The position numbers were made by a program, and so were the translations under genes. From positions 434,001-498,000 of the forward strand of contig JBLDXI010000074.1 of assembly GCA_047495785.1 (NCBI GenBank): a stretch of DNA of 64,000 nt. Reading direction: 5' to 3'. The DNA is from Lepidodermella squamata (Eukaryota > Animalia > Gastrotricha). A model generated the notes under the pieces. The model did no database searches. It worked only from the letters and a program-made list of their open reading frames with translations, and was not told where the DNA came from. Below are positions 24,601 to 33,336 of the stretch, in pieces. The stretch's first letter is position 1, and each line of letters starts with the position of its first letter.

Positions 24601-25532
24601 ATATGGACTAGATCCAACTCGCATTTCGATCGTTGATAATTTACACTAGAATGTGTTGCTCGATGAGCCTTGCCTAGAGCGCAGGGTTCACAATCCTCGA
24701 GAATGTGGCGACCGCTGACCTTAAGACCATCAACCAGGTTGTGTCGAAGGATTTGTTTCAATGCTGGCGATCCGGCATGTCCGAATCTTCGATGCCATTG
24801 AGTGTAAGTGGGTGCGAGTAGTGCGTGATGTGATTTCTGTCGCAAAAAATAAAGTCCGTCAAGTTTGTCAGCAATTAACACTTCTTTATTTGAGAAATTC
24901 AAATCTCGAATTTGAGCATGAGTTTTTGTAAAAATAGCTACGTTATCTTTTTCAGTGACTGCTGGTACGCTAAATAAATTTGAGGCCAGGCCTGGTACGT
25001 ACATGACGTCTTCGAGTTGTACCCAGAATGCAGACGAATCCGATGCTGCTGCTTGAATTTGCACCGCGCCGGACCAGTTGACTGGAATACGGCGCCCGTC
25101 CCCCAGGTAGACGTTGGTTTGCTCGACAAGCCTGGTCGGGTTCCTGAAGAGACGAGGATTGTTGCACATGTGCGAGCTGGCGCCGGAGTCTAGAACCCAC
25201 TTATTTGATTGTGCCTTGCTAGCAAGTAAAGAATAAAATTTTCTGGGTGTCATGCCTGAGTACGCATTCAAAATACCTTGAGTAGAACTATTATTTTTCC
25301 GTGCGGTGGCCGGGAACTCGGGTCGAACCTGGAGTTGACCGAAGGTGGCATTAACCGCACTTTCGGAATCGGTATCCGACATAGAGTCGTTAGAAGGGTT
25401 AAAGCTGACGTAAGCACCTTGAGTGGCTAGGTTGTCGCCTAGAGCGGACCTGGAGTCATTGAATTTATGTTTCAGTCTTGAACGTGAGAAGCGATTATAA
25501 ATTTGTTTACCTTGACGGGAACTACTCGGCAG
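21690..25532 (-). CDS. pol: Copia Pol (protease, integrase, RT, RNase H); the frame is open from the gag UGA
   Basis: WVLDSGAS, HRRFGH..CEPC, DVAGP/RSDNAGE/EQNGSAER, FKCRLVAQG, YVDD, SDADW and ADIFTK. The 50 codons between the gag stop and ATG 25382 are in frame and stop-free. Confidence 0.95.
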   Translation of the reverse strand: MPSSSRQGKQIYNRFSRSRLKHKFNDSRSALGDNLATQGAYVSFNPSNDSMSDTDSESAVNATFGQLQVRPEFPATARKNNSSTQGILNAYSGMTPRKFYSLLASKAQSNKWVLDSGASSHMCNNPRLFRNPTRLVEQTNVYLGDGRRIPVNWSGAVQIQAAASDSSAFWVQLEDVMYVPGLASNLFSVPAVTEKDNVAIFTKTHAQIRDLNFSNKEVLIADKLDGLYFLRQKSHHALLAPTYTQWHRRFGHAGSPALKQILRHNLVDGLKVSGRHILEDCEPCALGKAHRATHSSVNYQRSKCELDLVHMDVAGPVEVQSLGGAHWYLILVDDFTHYTWVYCMEKKSDVFDCYKHFENEVTTFQNKKIKRLRSDNAGENLSTAFIDHLKARGTKHETSCPHTPEQNGSAERMVRTITEMARTMLLESESPRFLWAEAISCAAYIRNRLPSSAIDSDKTPFELWTGRKPNVANLKPFGCVAYAFVNDQDRKKFDAKSKACRFVGYSDTQKGYRLLDPVTKKILCRIAVQFHEKEFRIESDPETNRVSTGIAAVPLLSERESRVRKMPVKFGYEDNDFFQKNLPSLVPADPNRDTRHPPPPPPPPRQLPRQAMAENSHPVGASPAQNPHQVEMNQVQNTHPVGASQAQTSNQIQPTHQVSPAIIQQAISQQPIASNDWLEIDPVIDQLNAANSSPNANANAPAPPPQSSTSNEKNPTSLDQSRNSNVNRELQRLAIPETVLTLGQLPASNSRTRSGAKYQSAAVAVRARGSVGVESMVEPLTYQEATDSPEWPQWLRAIEEELALFVESNVYTAMKAPPGKRIYGSRYVFKIKIDENGIPSRFKCRLVAQGHTQKIGRDFEESYAPVMRIASLRVILAIAAANNFEVHQMDAPSAYLHGRLSEEVYLRPPPGHPDAKAGLVWRLHRAVYGLRQSGSCWNRLLSKSLKSLGFQQLGSDPCLFIKDAGIVGIYVDDLVVAAPAHVVKQLKDAIKTLFKMKDLGVIKLCIGISVECSPGHIRIHQGPYIDRMLKRYGMEDRFAVATPIPRDIRLDNDEDPAGPADQELYQSIVGSLMFAACSTRPDIAWSVSVLARYTSDPRTHHMTCARRVLCYLKGTRNVGIEYRRDGCDLIAFSDADWAGDNKTSRSMTGLVYLLSNGAVSWSSHRQTIISGSTMEAEFTAAYACAQEGIWLLRLINELGYRQSRFTLYCDNQAAVLLGKSGALTKRTKHFRIRLNYLKELIEERLLDLQWIETTKQLADIFTKALVHVKHDENRKALGMS

Positions 25533-26948
25533 TCATAGAGACTTTTCGACTTCGCCATCTTCCATCTCCTCGCCTTCTTCGTCATCGACGGACGAGTCTG
25601 AGTAGCGATCCTCTTGAAGGAGCTCGCGTTCTCGCTGCTCGGGGATATCATTGTACCTGGAGCCGCCTTGAGCGCCGCCTTGAGTGGAAACGCGAGCGGT
25701 ACGTGCCTGGAGCACGCGTTCTTCGCCTTGACCGCCGGCGACGGGAGTGGGACAGTCGCGCTGACGATGCCCATACTGACCACAATCGTAGCATTTCGAC
25801 CGGCTGTCCGCCTTGGCCTTGTTGCATTGCGAAGCGGTGTGGTTTTGATGCCGAGGGAGGGGGCATGGCGGATCGTTTCGGGCGCCGCCTTGAGCGGGCG
25901 CAGGCCGATATTCTTGACGACCAGGTTGTTTCGGCTGTTGGCGGGCAGGTTGCTGACGCGGGTAGCCTCGAGCTCTTCCGATTCCAGCGGCGGGGCGACG
26001 GTCGCGTCGATCGGGGTTTTGAGCGATCATCAGGGCTGCGGCCTCGTGCCGGGCTTGACCCGGAGGGGCGGGCGCGGGGCGAGCAGCGTTGAGCCGGTCG
26101 TCCTCGGCTAGCAGCGCCTGCTGGATTTCGGCGACCGATGGCGGCGGAATTCGATTTTCGAGCATCGTTCTCATGTTCCCGAGGCTCGGTGGCAGCGAGT
26201 GGAACAAAGCGGCCCTCTTCATCCGTTCCTCGATCGATACTCCTGCGTTTTCCAGCGCCTGGAGCAACTGGGCGAAGTCTCGAAAATGGGCGGAGAGGGT
26301 GGCTCCTGGAGCCATAGCAAAACTGTGAAACCGAGCCAGGAGCCTCGACTCGGTGGCAGCCGAGGTCCTCTCGAAGTGCGCCTTGAGCGCTGACCAAATC
26401 GCCCGGGGGTCGTCACCAGCCGCCCTGGTGATGTAGTAGTAGGCAGGCCCTACTAGTCGAACCAGGATTGATGCAGCAAGTCGGCGTTTGTCCGCCAACT
26501 CTTGGTCGTGGGTTCGCCTGGAGCGAATAGCGGCGTCGATTGCAATGCCCAGGGCATCGCGAGCAGCGCTAGACGCAGCTCGGGCGGTCGCCAGTTCAGC
26601 CGTAGCAGCAGTAGCGGCAGCGGGGTGCGCGGGGTCATCGGGATGAGCGATGATAGCGGCGTTGGCTTCGCGAAGGGCGATCTCGATTCTGCCCTGTCGT
26701 TCGGCACATTCGGCGGCGGTAGCTCGAGCAGCTTCGACGGCCAAGTCCTCGAGACTCGGGACGCCGGGAGCGGGCGGGGCTGGATGCACGCCTGGAGCGG
26801 CTGGCACGCCTGGAGCGGCCCCTGCGGGTAGTGGCTCGACCACTTCCCACAGATTCATGCCCTGAAGGATGTAGTACGTTGCGTAGGACCAATCCTGATA
26901 GTTCGTCCCGTTCAACCGCTCTGCCGAGGTTAGAGCATCTGGGCCCAT
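25533..26948 (-). CDS. gag: Copia Gag
   Basis: ERLNGTNYQDW, IWSALKAHFE, LFHSLPPS and the zinc knuckle CYDCGQYGHRQRDC. The likely ATG is at 26948, inside the PBS. Confidence 0.92.
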   Translation of the reverse strand: MGPDALTSAERLNGTNYQDWSYATYYILQGMNLWEVVEPLPAGAAPGVPAAPGVHPAPPAPGVPSLEDLAVEAARATAAECAERQGRIEIALREANAAIIAHPDDPAHPAAATAATAELATARAASSAARDALGIAIDAAIRSRRTHDQELADKRRLAASILVRLVGPAYYYITRAAGDDPRAIWSALKAHFERTSAATESRLLARFHSFAMAPGATLSAHFRDFAQLLQALENAGVSIEERMKRAALFHSLPPSLGNMRTMLENRIPPPSVAEIQQALLAEDDRLNAARPAPAPPGQARHEAAALMIAQNPDRRDRRPAAGIGRARGYPRQQPARQQPKQPGRQEYRPAPAQGGARNDPPCPLPRHQNHTASQCNKAKADSRSKCYDCGQYGHRQRDCPTPVAGGQGEERVLQARTARVSTQGGAQGGSRYNDIPEQRERELLQEDRYSDSSVDDEEGEEMEDGEVEKSL

Positions 26949-26952
26949 AACC
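26938..26952 (-). promoter_or_regulatory. Primer-binding site GGTTATGGGCCCAGA (internal fragment of initiator tRNA-Met)
   Basis: Directly abuts the 5' LTR and matches the PBS type of Drosophila copia. Confidence 0.88.
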
Positions 26953-27181
26953 TGTTGAGGTTTGGAGAAAGCCATCAGTAAGTTCAAGTAACAAATCTAG
27001 AATTGGGAAGAAAAATATCGGTTAGCAAAATCTCCAACTGATTTTATTAGGTACCAAAAGATGCGAAGAGGGGTAAAACTCACGGCATGAGGAAGGCGTG
27101 CCTCGAGCACCGGCTGGACCGCGAGTCGACTCGATCATTCGACCTTCACATGAAATCATACCGATATATTTATATTCAACA
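26953..27181 (-). repeat. 5' LTR of copia element
   Basis: Direct repeat of 21392-21620. Confidence 0.97.
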
Positions 27182-27195
27182 ATAATTGCAAGCCA

Positions 27196-27251
27196 AATAT
27201 AAATAAAAATAAATAAATAATAAATAAAATAATAATAAAAAATAAATAAAA
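27196..27251 (+). repeat. (TAAA)n/A-rich tract, probable 3' tail of the outermost LINE
   Basis: The A-rich simple repeat ends exactly where the duplicated host exon resumes. Confidence 0.6.
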
Positions 27252-27804
27252 ATAGCCAGGTAATTCGGCTTCAAATCCTTAATCCGGTGATTCGCGTGGT
27301 GGTCAGGGTTCGGCTGGGAAACAACGGGAGGTGCGTAGTTTTCCATGATTTCGGGAATTTGCTGAACTCGACGCCGGATTCGATCGGGTAGAAGAGGTCG
27401 CGGCGGCTGGCGAGGTTTCGCGCGATTTCGTGCGAGTAGCCGTGGCCCAGGCCGAATGTCAGCAGGTTGATGTTGGCGCTTTTCAGCCGGTCGGCTTTGA
27501 CTAGGGCTCGCGGCGGGTTTTTCGGGTCTTTGCTCATGAACACCAGGACGTAGGTCGGGCTGGCAGATCGGCGACCACGGGTCGGAGTCAAAACCTAATG
27601 AAATAAAGCGAGATAACATTAATTTACTGTTTATATTGAATTTCACATTAAATTTTAAATTTTAAATTTACGACTTCAACTTTTCGAAATTAATCATAAT
27701 ATCATCACTAAACTAATCAAAAAATAACAAAAATTATCGCGATAACCACCAAAGTTTCCGCCTTCAGCATTTGGGAAGTTTATTTCCAAAGTCGATTTTA
27801 AGAC

Positions 27805-29031
27805 TAAGACAGGGTTGCCCGTTGTCTCCTTTGCTATTCATAGCGACCTTCAACAAAATTTGCGAAAAAATATCTGCTGAAAAATTAGGCTTTCCTATTA
27901 GCGAGACCGCAAACAGCGAGACCGCTATGAGCGAGACTGATTTCCTAAATTTACTAGCGTTTGCTGACGACGGAACACTTTTAGGCATGAACCACGACGA
28001 AATTTCACGACTACTTCACATTTTCGATTTGGCTTGCACCGAATTGGGTCTGAAAATTAACGCGGCAAAAACTCAATATATGATTATTTCTAGAGACGAG
28101 TCAGCCACTCAAAATTACGAATTGGAATTGAACGGGAAAAAACTTGAAAAAGTGACCAAATTTAAATATTTAGGGAGCATTATTACCAGTGACGGCAAAA
28201 TCGATGAGGAACTAAACTACAGAATTTCTAAGGCAGGCAGTGTTTTCGGCGCCATGAATAAATTCATGTGCAACAAAAGTCAGGTTTCCATAGCTACAAA
28301 ACTTAAGGTACTGACATGTGTTATAATACCTACCATCATTTACGCCTGCGAATCGTGGAACATATCGATAACCCAAGAAAATAGACTAAACACTATAGAA
28401 TATCGATGGCTTCGATCTATAGTAGGTGTCCACCTAATGGACTATATTCCAAATATAGACATTCGACTTGCGTTATGCGGAGGTCTCATTGAAGTGAGCC
28501 GCATTGTTGAAAAACAAAGGTTAAGGTATCTAGGGCACATAATTAGGTCACGTGACTATGACGTAGAAGGACTAATACACAAAATATATATTTGGACGCC
28601 TCCGCTTGGGTGGTTTGCACCCAGAGGTAGACCTCGAACCAGATGGATCAACGGAGTGCATAGAAGCCTAATTAAAGTAGGTCTTACTAAGGAAATTCGC
28701 CGGAAAAAGAAAACCAATAAGAACAATAAGGTCAAGGATAAGAAAAATAAAGCCACTAAGAAACGAGAAAATAGAAAAAATCCCGGCGAAAAGGATTTTG
28801 AGATCAAAATTATTCCCGATGTCCAACTAGCGGAATCGGTTTCTTTTGAAAAAGATGAATGGCGCATGGTTGTTAACTCGATTGAAAATTACGAATTCTA
28901 TACAAAAAGCAGAATCCTCGACTGTGGGGGTGGGTGAGGATCATTCTTCGCCTGCCTTCGCCCTCTTCAAAACCGGAAACGGTACACGACGCTCAGTCCC
29001 GAAGAGGATAAATAAAAACATTATTATTATT
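27805..29031 (+). mobile_element. 5'-truncated RTE copy, same family as 6190-11103
   Basis: Reads LRQGCPLSPLLF...DCGGG with the same 3' UTR and (TAT)n tail. 10-bp TSD ATTTTAAGAC at 27795-27804 and 29032-29041. Confidence 0.95.
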
Positions 29032-29268
29032 ATTTTAAGACGAAAAATTTGTTCGTTGAAAAGCGATTTTCGCCGTGAAAAAGACCACCAGCCGTTCAAG
29101 CCGTGTTGCCCGAGGATCGGCATCGCTTTTAATGTAAATTATCAAAGAGTTCGACCCGAAAAATGACCAATCTTAGTCTCTCGTTTTACGAGCACCATTC
29201 TAAACGAATGAATGGGGTGATTTCATCGGCGCACGAATGTAGTTGGCACGGTCACCACTATTTTCGTC

Positions 29269-29961
29269 GCACATTTTCCGGCCCGCCGGTGTTTCCTCTG
29301 CGCGCGCGCTCCTATTGGTTGGGGCGTATTGCGCAACAATTCAAGATAATTATAGCCTACCCCGTGCGCCCGTGCGCTGAGTCTAAGACAAGCATGTCGA
29401 AGAAAAATTAAAAGCCCATCCATAAAAATCCTTGAAGATCATCCTTCTGGTGATAATCGGGCTGTATTGTTGATAATCGACAACAAAATTGACTGCATCG
29501 TGGCGGTCTACACGTCCTTATTTGATGACTTACCATTTCGTATGGAAAATCGCCGGCTATGAGCAATTAAGACGTTGATTTAAGAAAGAGGATGCGATGG
29601 CTTTTTCGAAGAACATGCTTATTTATGAAAAATTATTGACGTTTAAACCGCTAGAAATTGCTATTTCGGGCGGACTATTTTAGGCTATTTTAAGGTGATG
29701 TTCCGGGACAAATTATGTTCAAATTTAAAATCAACCGGAAATACCCTTGAAAAAGCGACAAAAAACCGAAAATTTTGCCTTTCATTCCACGGATATCAAC
29801 CCCTAGTGCGGCGTTATTCTGAATTTTGGAATTGTACGCGCGAGGGAAGGCTGCGATCATTTATTGCGCAATAAATGCGAGGGAGGCGTATTTATGCGTA
29901 AAACGAGCCAACCAATAGGAGCGCGCGCGCGGAGGAAACACCGGCGGGCCGGAAAATGTGC
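29269..29961. mobile_element. Non-autonomous TIR element with 6-bp TSD (superfamily unassigned)
   Basis: ~55-bp TIR gcacattttccggcccgccggtgtttcctc... TSD TTCGTC at 29263-68 and 29962-67. The empty site is visible at about 56571. Confidence 0.9.
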
Positions 29962-32715
29962 TTCGTCAGGAAAGAATTTCAGAGCGAATCCCTCGTTGGG
30001 AACAACAGTCATCTGCACATGGGCATCTCAGTACGCGAAAGTCGGGTTGCAGAAAGTTTGCTGTGATTCTCGCGAATTTTTCTCATGTCATTCGAACAGC
30101 ATCAGGGTTGAATCAGGGTTGCGGTTCATTGAAAGCTGCGATCACTTCGAGCTGCTCAAGCAGATTCATTACTCCTTCAATGCGAGAAAGCGGCTAGAAA
30201 ATGCCAAGTTTCGCGTTCGTCAGCACGGCGTCTCCAGCAGGTAGCCCACGGTTTAAGGGTCAAGTCGGCTCGAAAACATCAACAATAAAAGATTCGCCAA
30301 ATTTGTTCTTTAATTTTCAAATTTTCGATGTTGCAATTTTAGCAGCCCGGGCTGCTATAGGATCAAATACGGTATAGACAAAAAAACATGCTTTACGAAT
30401 AAAATTAGAAAAATCAAGGCGTCGGCGCAGCTCTGAAAAGGGCGTTATTTTTTTATATGGGAGTACTAAGCACACTCATTATGCTTATATTACGTCTATT
30501 ATTTTGAGTTAGCTGTGATAAAGTTTCGATTTTTTTCGAGGAATATGTAGCTCCAGGTCTGCTCTAATAGAAGCACGAAAAAAATTATGGTACAGCCGTG
30601 GTTAAATTTAAGATAATTTTACTTTAATGACATTGGAAAATCCTATTTTGCCTCGTTTTGCTGTTAATTTCAGATTGAATCCCTTTTATATCCATGTCAA
30701 ATTGCTATGGTGACTCATTCGGCCTGAATATGCGATGGTTTTAGACGAATCTGCCTGATTGCTTAAAAATACCTGATTTTGCCACGAAATGCCGCTATTA
30801 ATTTCGTCTAAATGCCAAAATTCGGCAGATTTATCCTTAAACACACTGCGCATTTTATTATGCACTTATAATACTAAACGAGTACTCCGCGCATAATATA
30901 GGCCCATGTGCGGTGCTCATAATAATAAAGAAGTACGCATGGTTAGGACTAGGGTGATTTGGAAGCTTTTATTGCAATACATAGCACGGTGACACCTATT
31001 TTTTTGTGACTTTTCTTAGGGACCGGATGGTCTACTTTTCCAAGAAGAAAAAATATGCTGGTGCAACCATGGTTTTTTTTAAAGATATTCTAGCCTCTAA
31101 GAAAGTTTTGAATAAGTGAACTCAAAAATTATGGTTCTTAAGGCCCCTATGTTAAAATCGGCCAGGATGTATAAACAGAATTTATTTGTTTTTCCCTGAG
31201 ATCTAGTCGTGAAACATGAATTCAGGTGAGAAAAGCACTGTGTTACCATTGATTTTCACCGCAAGTTTATGGCTAGAGTCCTATGGGAAAATCGTTACTT
31301 GACCTTTTGTCGGGTTTCCTTATAAACGAATGCATTAACACGATGTATCATCATCATTATCAAATATTAGATATTAACTCTATGCAAGTGGATTTGCAAC
31401 TCATCTTATGTTGTTTCAGAAGTTTGAGTTTTTTCCTGCACATTTTCATAGCATAAATGCCGTTACACAGCATGATTGAAAGAATTGGCGGTAAAAATCC
31501 ATGGTGACATAACGTTTTCATTTGCGTAAATTACTCTCCTCGGCACATTTTAAGATTAAAACTCAAAAAATTATGGAAAAGTCCAGCTAGATTTCAAGAA
31601 AAACGACCGTAATGACAATCTCAAACGAGTTTTCCTGTGTTTCACAACACTAAGGGAAGTACTGTGGCAGACAACCCGCGGTGACGTCATTTTTGCTGTC
31701 ACCAAAATGTCCTTCTCGACCTGCTAAAATATTTAAACCGAAGAGCATTAATGACGGCCATCTTTAGAATTCGAAAAGAATGGCGCAATCCCAGGCAGCC
31801 ATGCATTTTCCATGCAGGCCCACACGTTATACCATTATTATACGCGCGCGTAGTACACAGACTATATTAAGGACGCATGCAGCAGAATCCTCATATTGTA
31901 TGAATAATAATAATAATACATTGTGCATTTTTATTCACAATTTAGGGATCTCGACGTCAAATATTACTCTTTTATGTAGTTTTCCTGTCATTTCCTGATG
32001 TAGGACAGGAGTTAATGACTGTATCTGTTTACTAATTCAGGGAGTCTTTAACACTTTAACTGCCAAAAATAGACTGCGAGGTCCGATATTTGGGTCTAAT
32101 TCCTGGGTCTGTCAAAAAGTCATTTTTTTCGGGTCAACGATGCGTCGAGGGGCAAAATGCCTGACGGCAAAGTGTAGGCCATGACCTGGCGGTTCTTTTG
32201 ACACCGATTTCGGGGCCACAAGGTCTCAGCAGGTCATTGAAAATGACAGTGAAATAACGTCGAAATTTTGGATTAGAGCCAAAAATCAGACCCAAGAATT
32301 GGACCTAATTATTAGACCCAGATTATGGCGCAACAATCGAAATTTCACTGTTTTTCAAGTTTGATTTCTGTGCGTTCCTTGATGTCTTTGGCTCCAAATT
32401 TGGTGTCAAAAGAACCGCCAGGTCATGGATTCGATGATTTCTTACGCCGGATAGCAACCTTCGTAATTCCGGTCTTTGGCTGCGCTTCGGGCCAGCATAA
32501 CCAGCATTCAGGCCGATATCCATCGTGCTATCCCCCTGAATATTGTATGTTATCCGGATTTGATGATTTTTGACGCCGGATAACAACCATATCCGGGTGT
32601 CATCGGTGGACAGCGATGGATATTCGTCCTTCAGGCCACTATTCCGGCCTTCGGCTGCGCCTCGGGCCTACATAGCGAGCCTTCAGGCCAATATCCATCG
32701 TGCTATATCCACTCG

Positions 32716-33336
32716 GATATTGTACAATGGGTGCGTGCGAATGACACTCTATAAACGGTAAAACTGCTACTAAAACAGACACAAAATCTGCTATTATTTC
32801 GCGCGAAGTGCTACTAAATCTGTCTAAGTGCGCATAAAACGTTAAGTGTGTTGATAAAGCAGGTAATATGACACTAAATGTGGAGAAGTGCCACTATTTT
32901 GACAAAACCGCTAGTACTTTGGGAATGTGATGGTAAATTGGAAAAATTGCTATATAAATGAGATATCTTAATCGTGGTGATTGGCATGGAAATGACTGCC
33001 GCATACACGAATGCCTTGACTTTTCTGTTCTCGAATCTAAGAAGGCTAGTTTTGACCAATCATTGCAAGTTTTAGCCGATAGCCCCCATCCATTTCGAAA
33101 AAAACTTTCGTTTTGAAAATCGATTATTGGTATCGATATTAGTTCAACAGGCTGAACCATAATTCGTAAAGCCAACTGAAATAATTACAACTTTCATTCA
33201 CCAAGTTTTTCAGCATAATAGCGCATTTCTCAAACTAGAATTAGTAGCAATTTACACGATTTAAGCAGTTTACCTAATTTAGTAGCACTTTTACCCATTT
33301 TAGTAGCGCATTTATTTTCACTCATTGTACAATATC
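32716..33336. mobile_element. Possible MITE with gctactaaa subterminal repeats
   Basis: Inverted termini gatattgtacaatg / cattgtacaatatc and inverted tgctactaaa motifs. No clear TSD. Confidence 0.5.

Larger units (their letters stand above)
21392..27181 (-). mobile_element. Full-length, very recent Ty1/copia LTR retrotransposon (Hemivirus-type PBS)
   Basis: 229-bp LTRs (TGTTGA...TCAACA) appear identical. 5-bp TSD ATAAT at 21387-91 and 27182-86. Domain order gag-PR-IN-RT-RH. PPT AAGTGGGAG lies next to the 3' LTR. Confidence 0.98.
27252..30239 (-). pseudogene. Right half of the duplicated gene-B segment (rest of exon 2 plus part of intron 1), carrying two younger insertions
   Basis: Colinear with 55781-56810. 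It has a 15-nt in-frame deletion (ITALLCMENY to IMENY), plus RTE and MITE insertions absent from the parent copy. Confidence 0.92.

Noticed and set aside
25533-25535. UGA as selenocysteine
   Set aside because: It lies in a non-catalytic gag-pol spacer and no SECIS was recognised; generic readthrough is more plausible.
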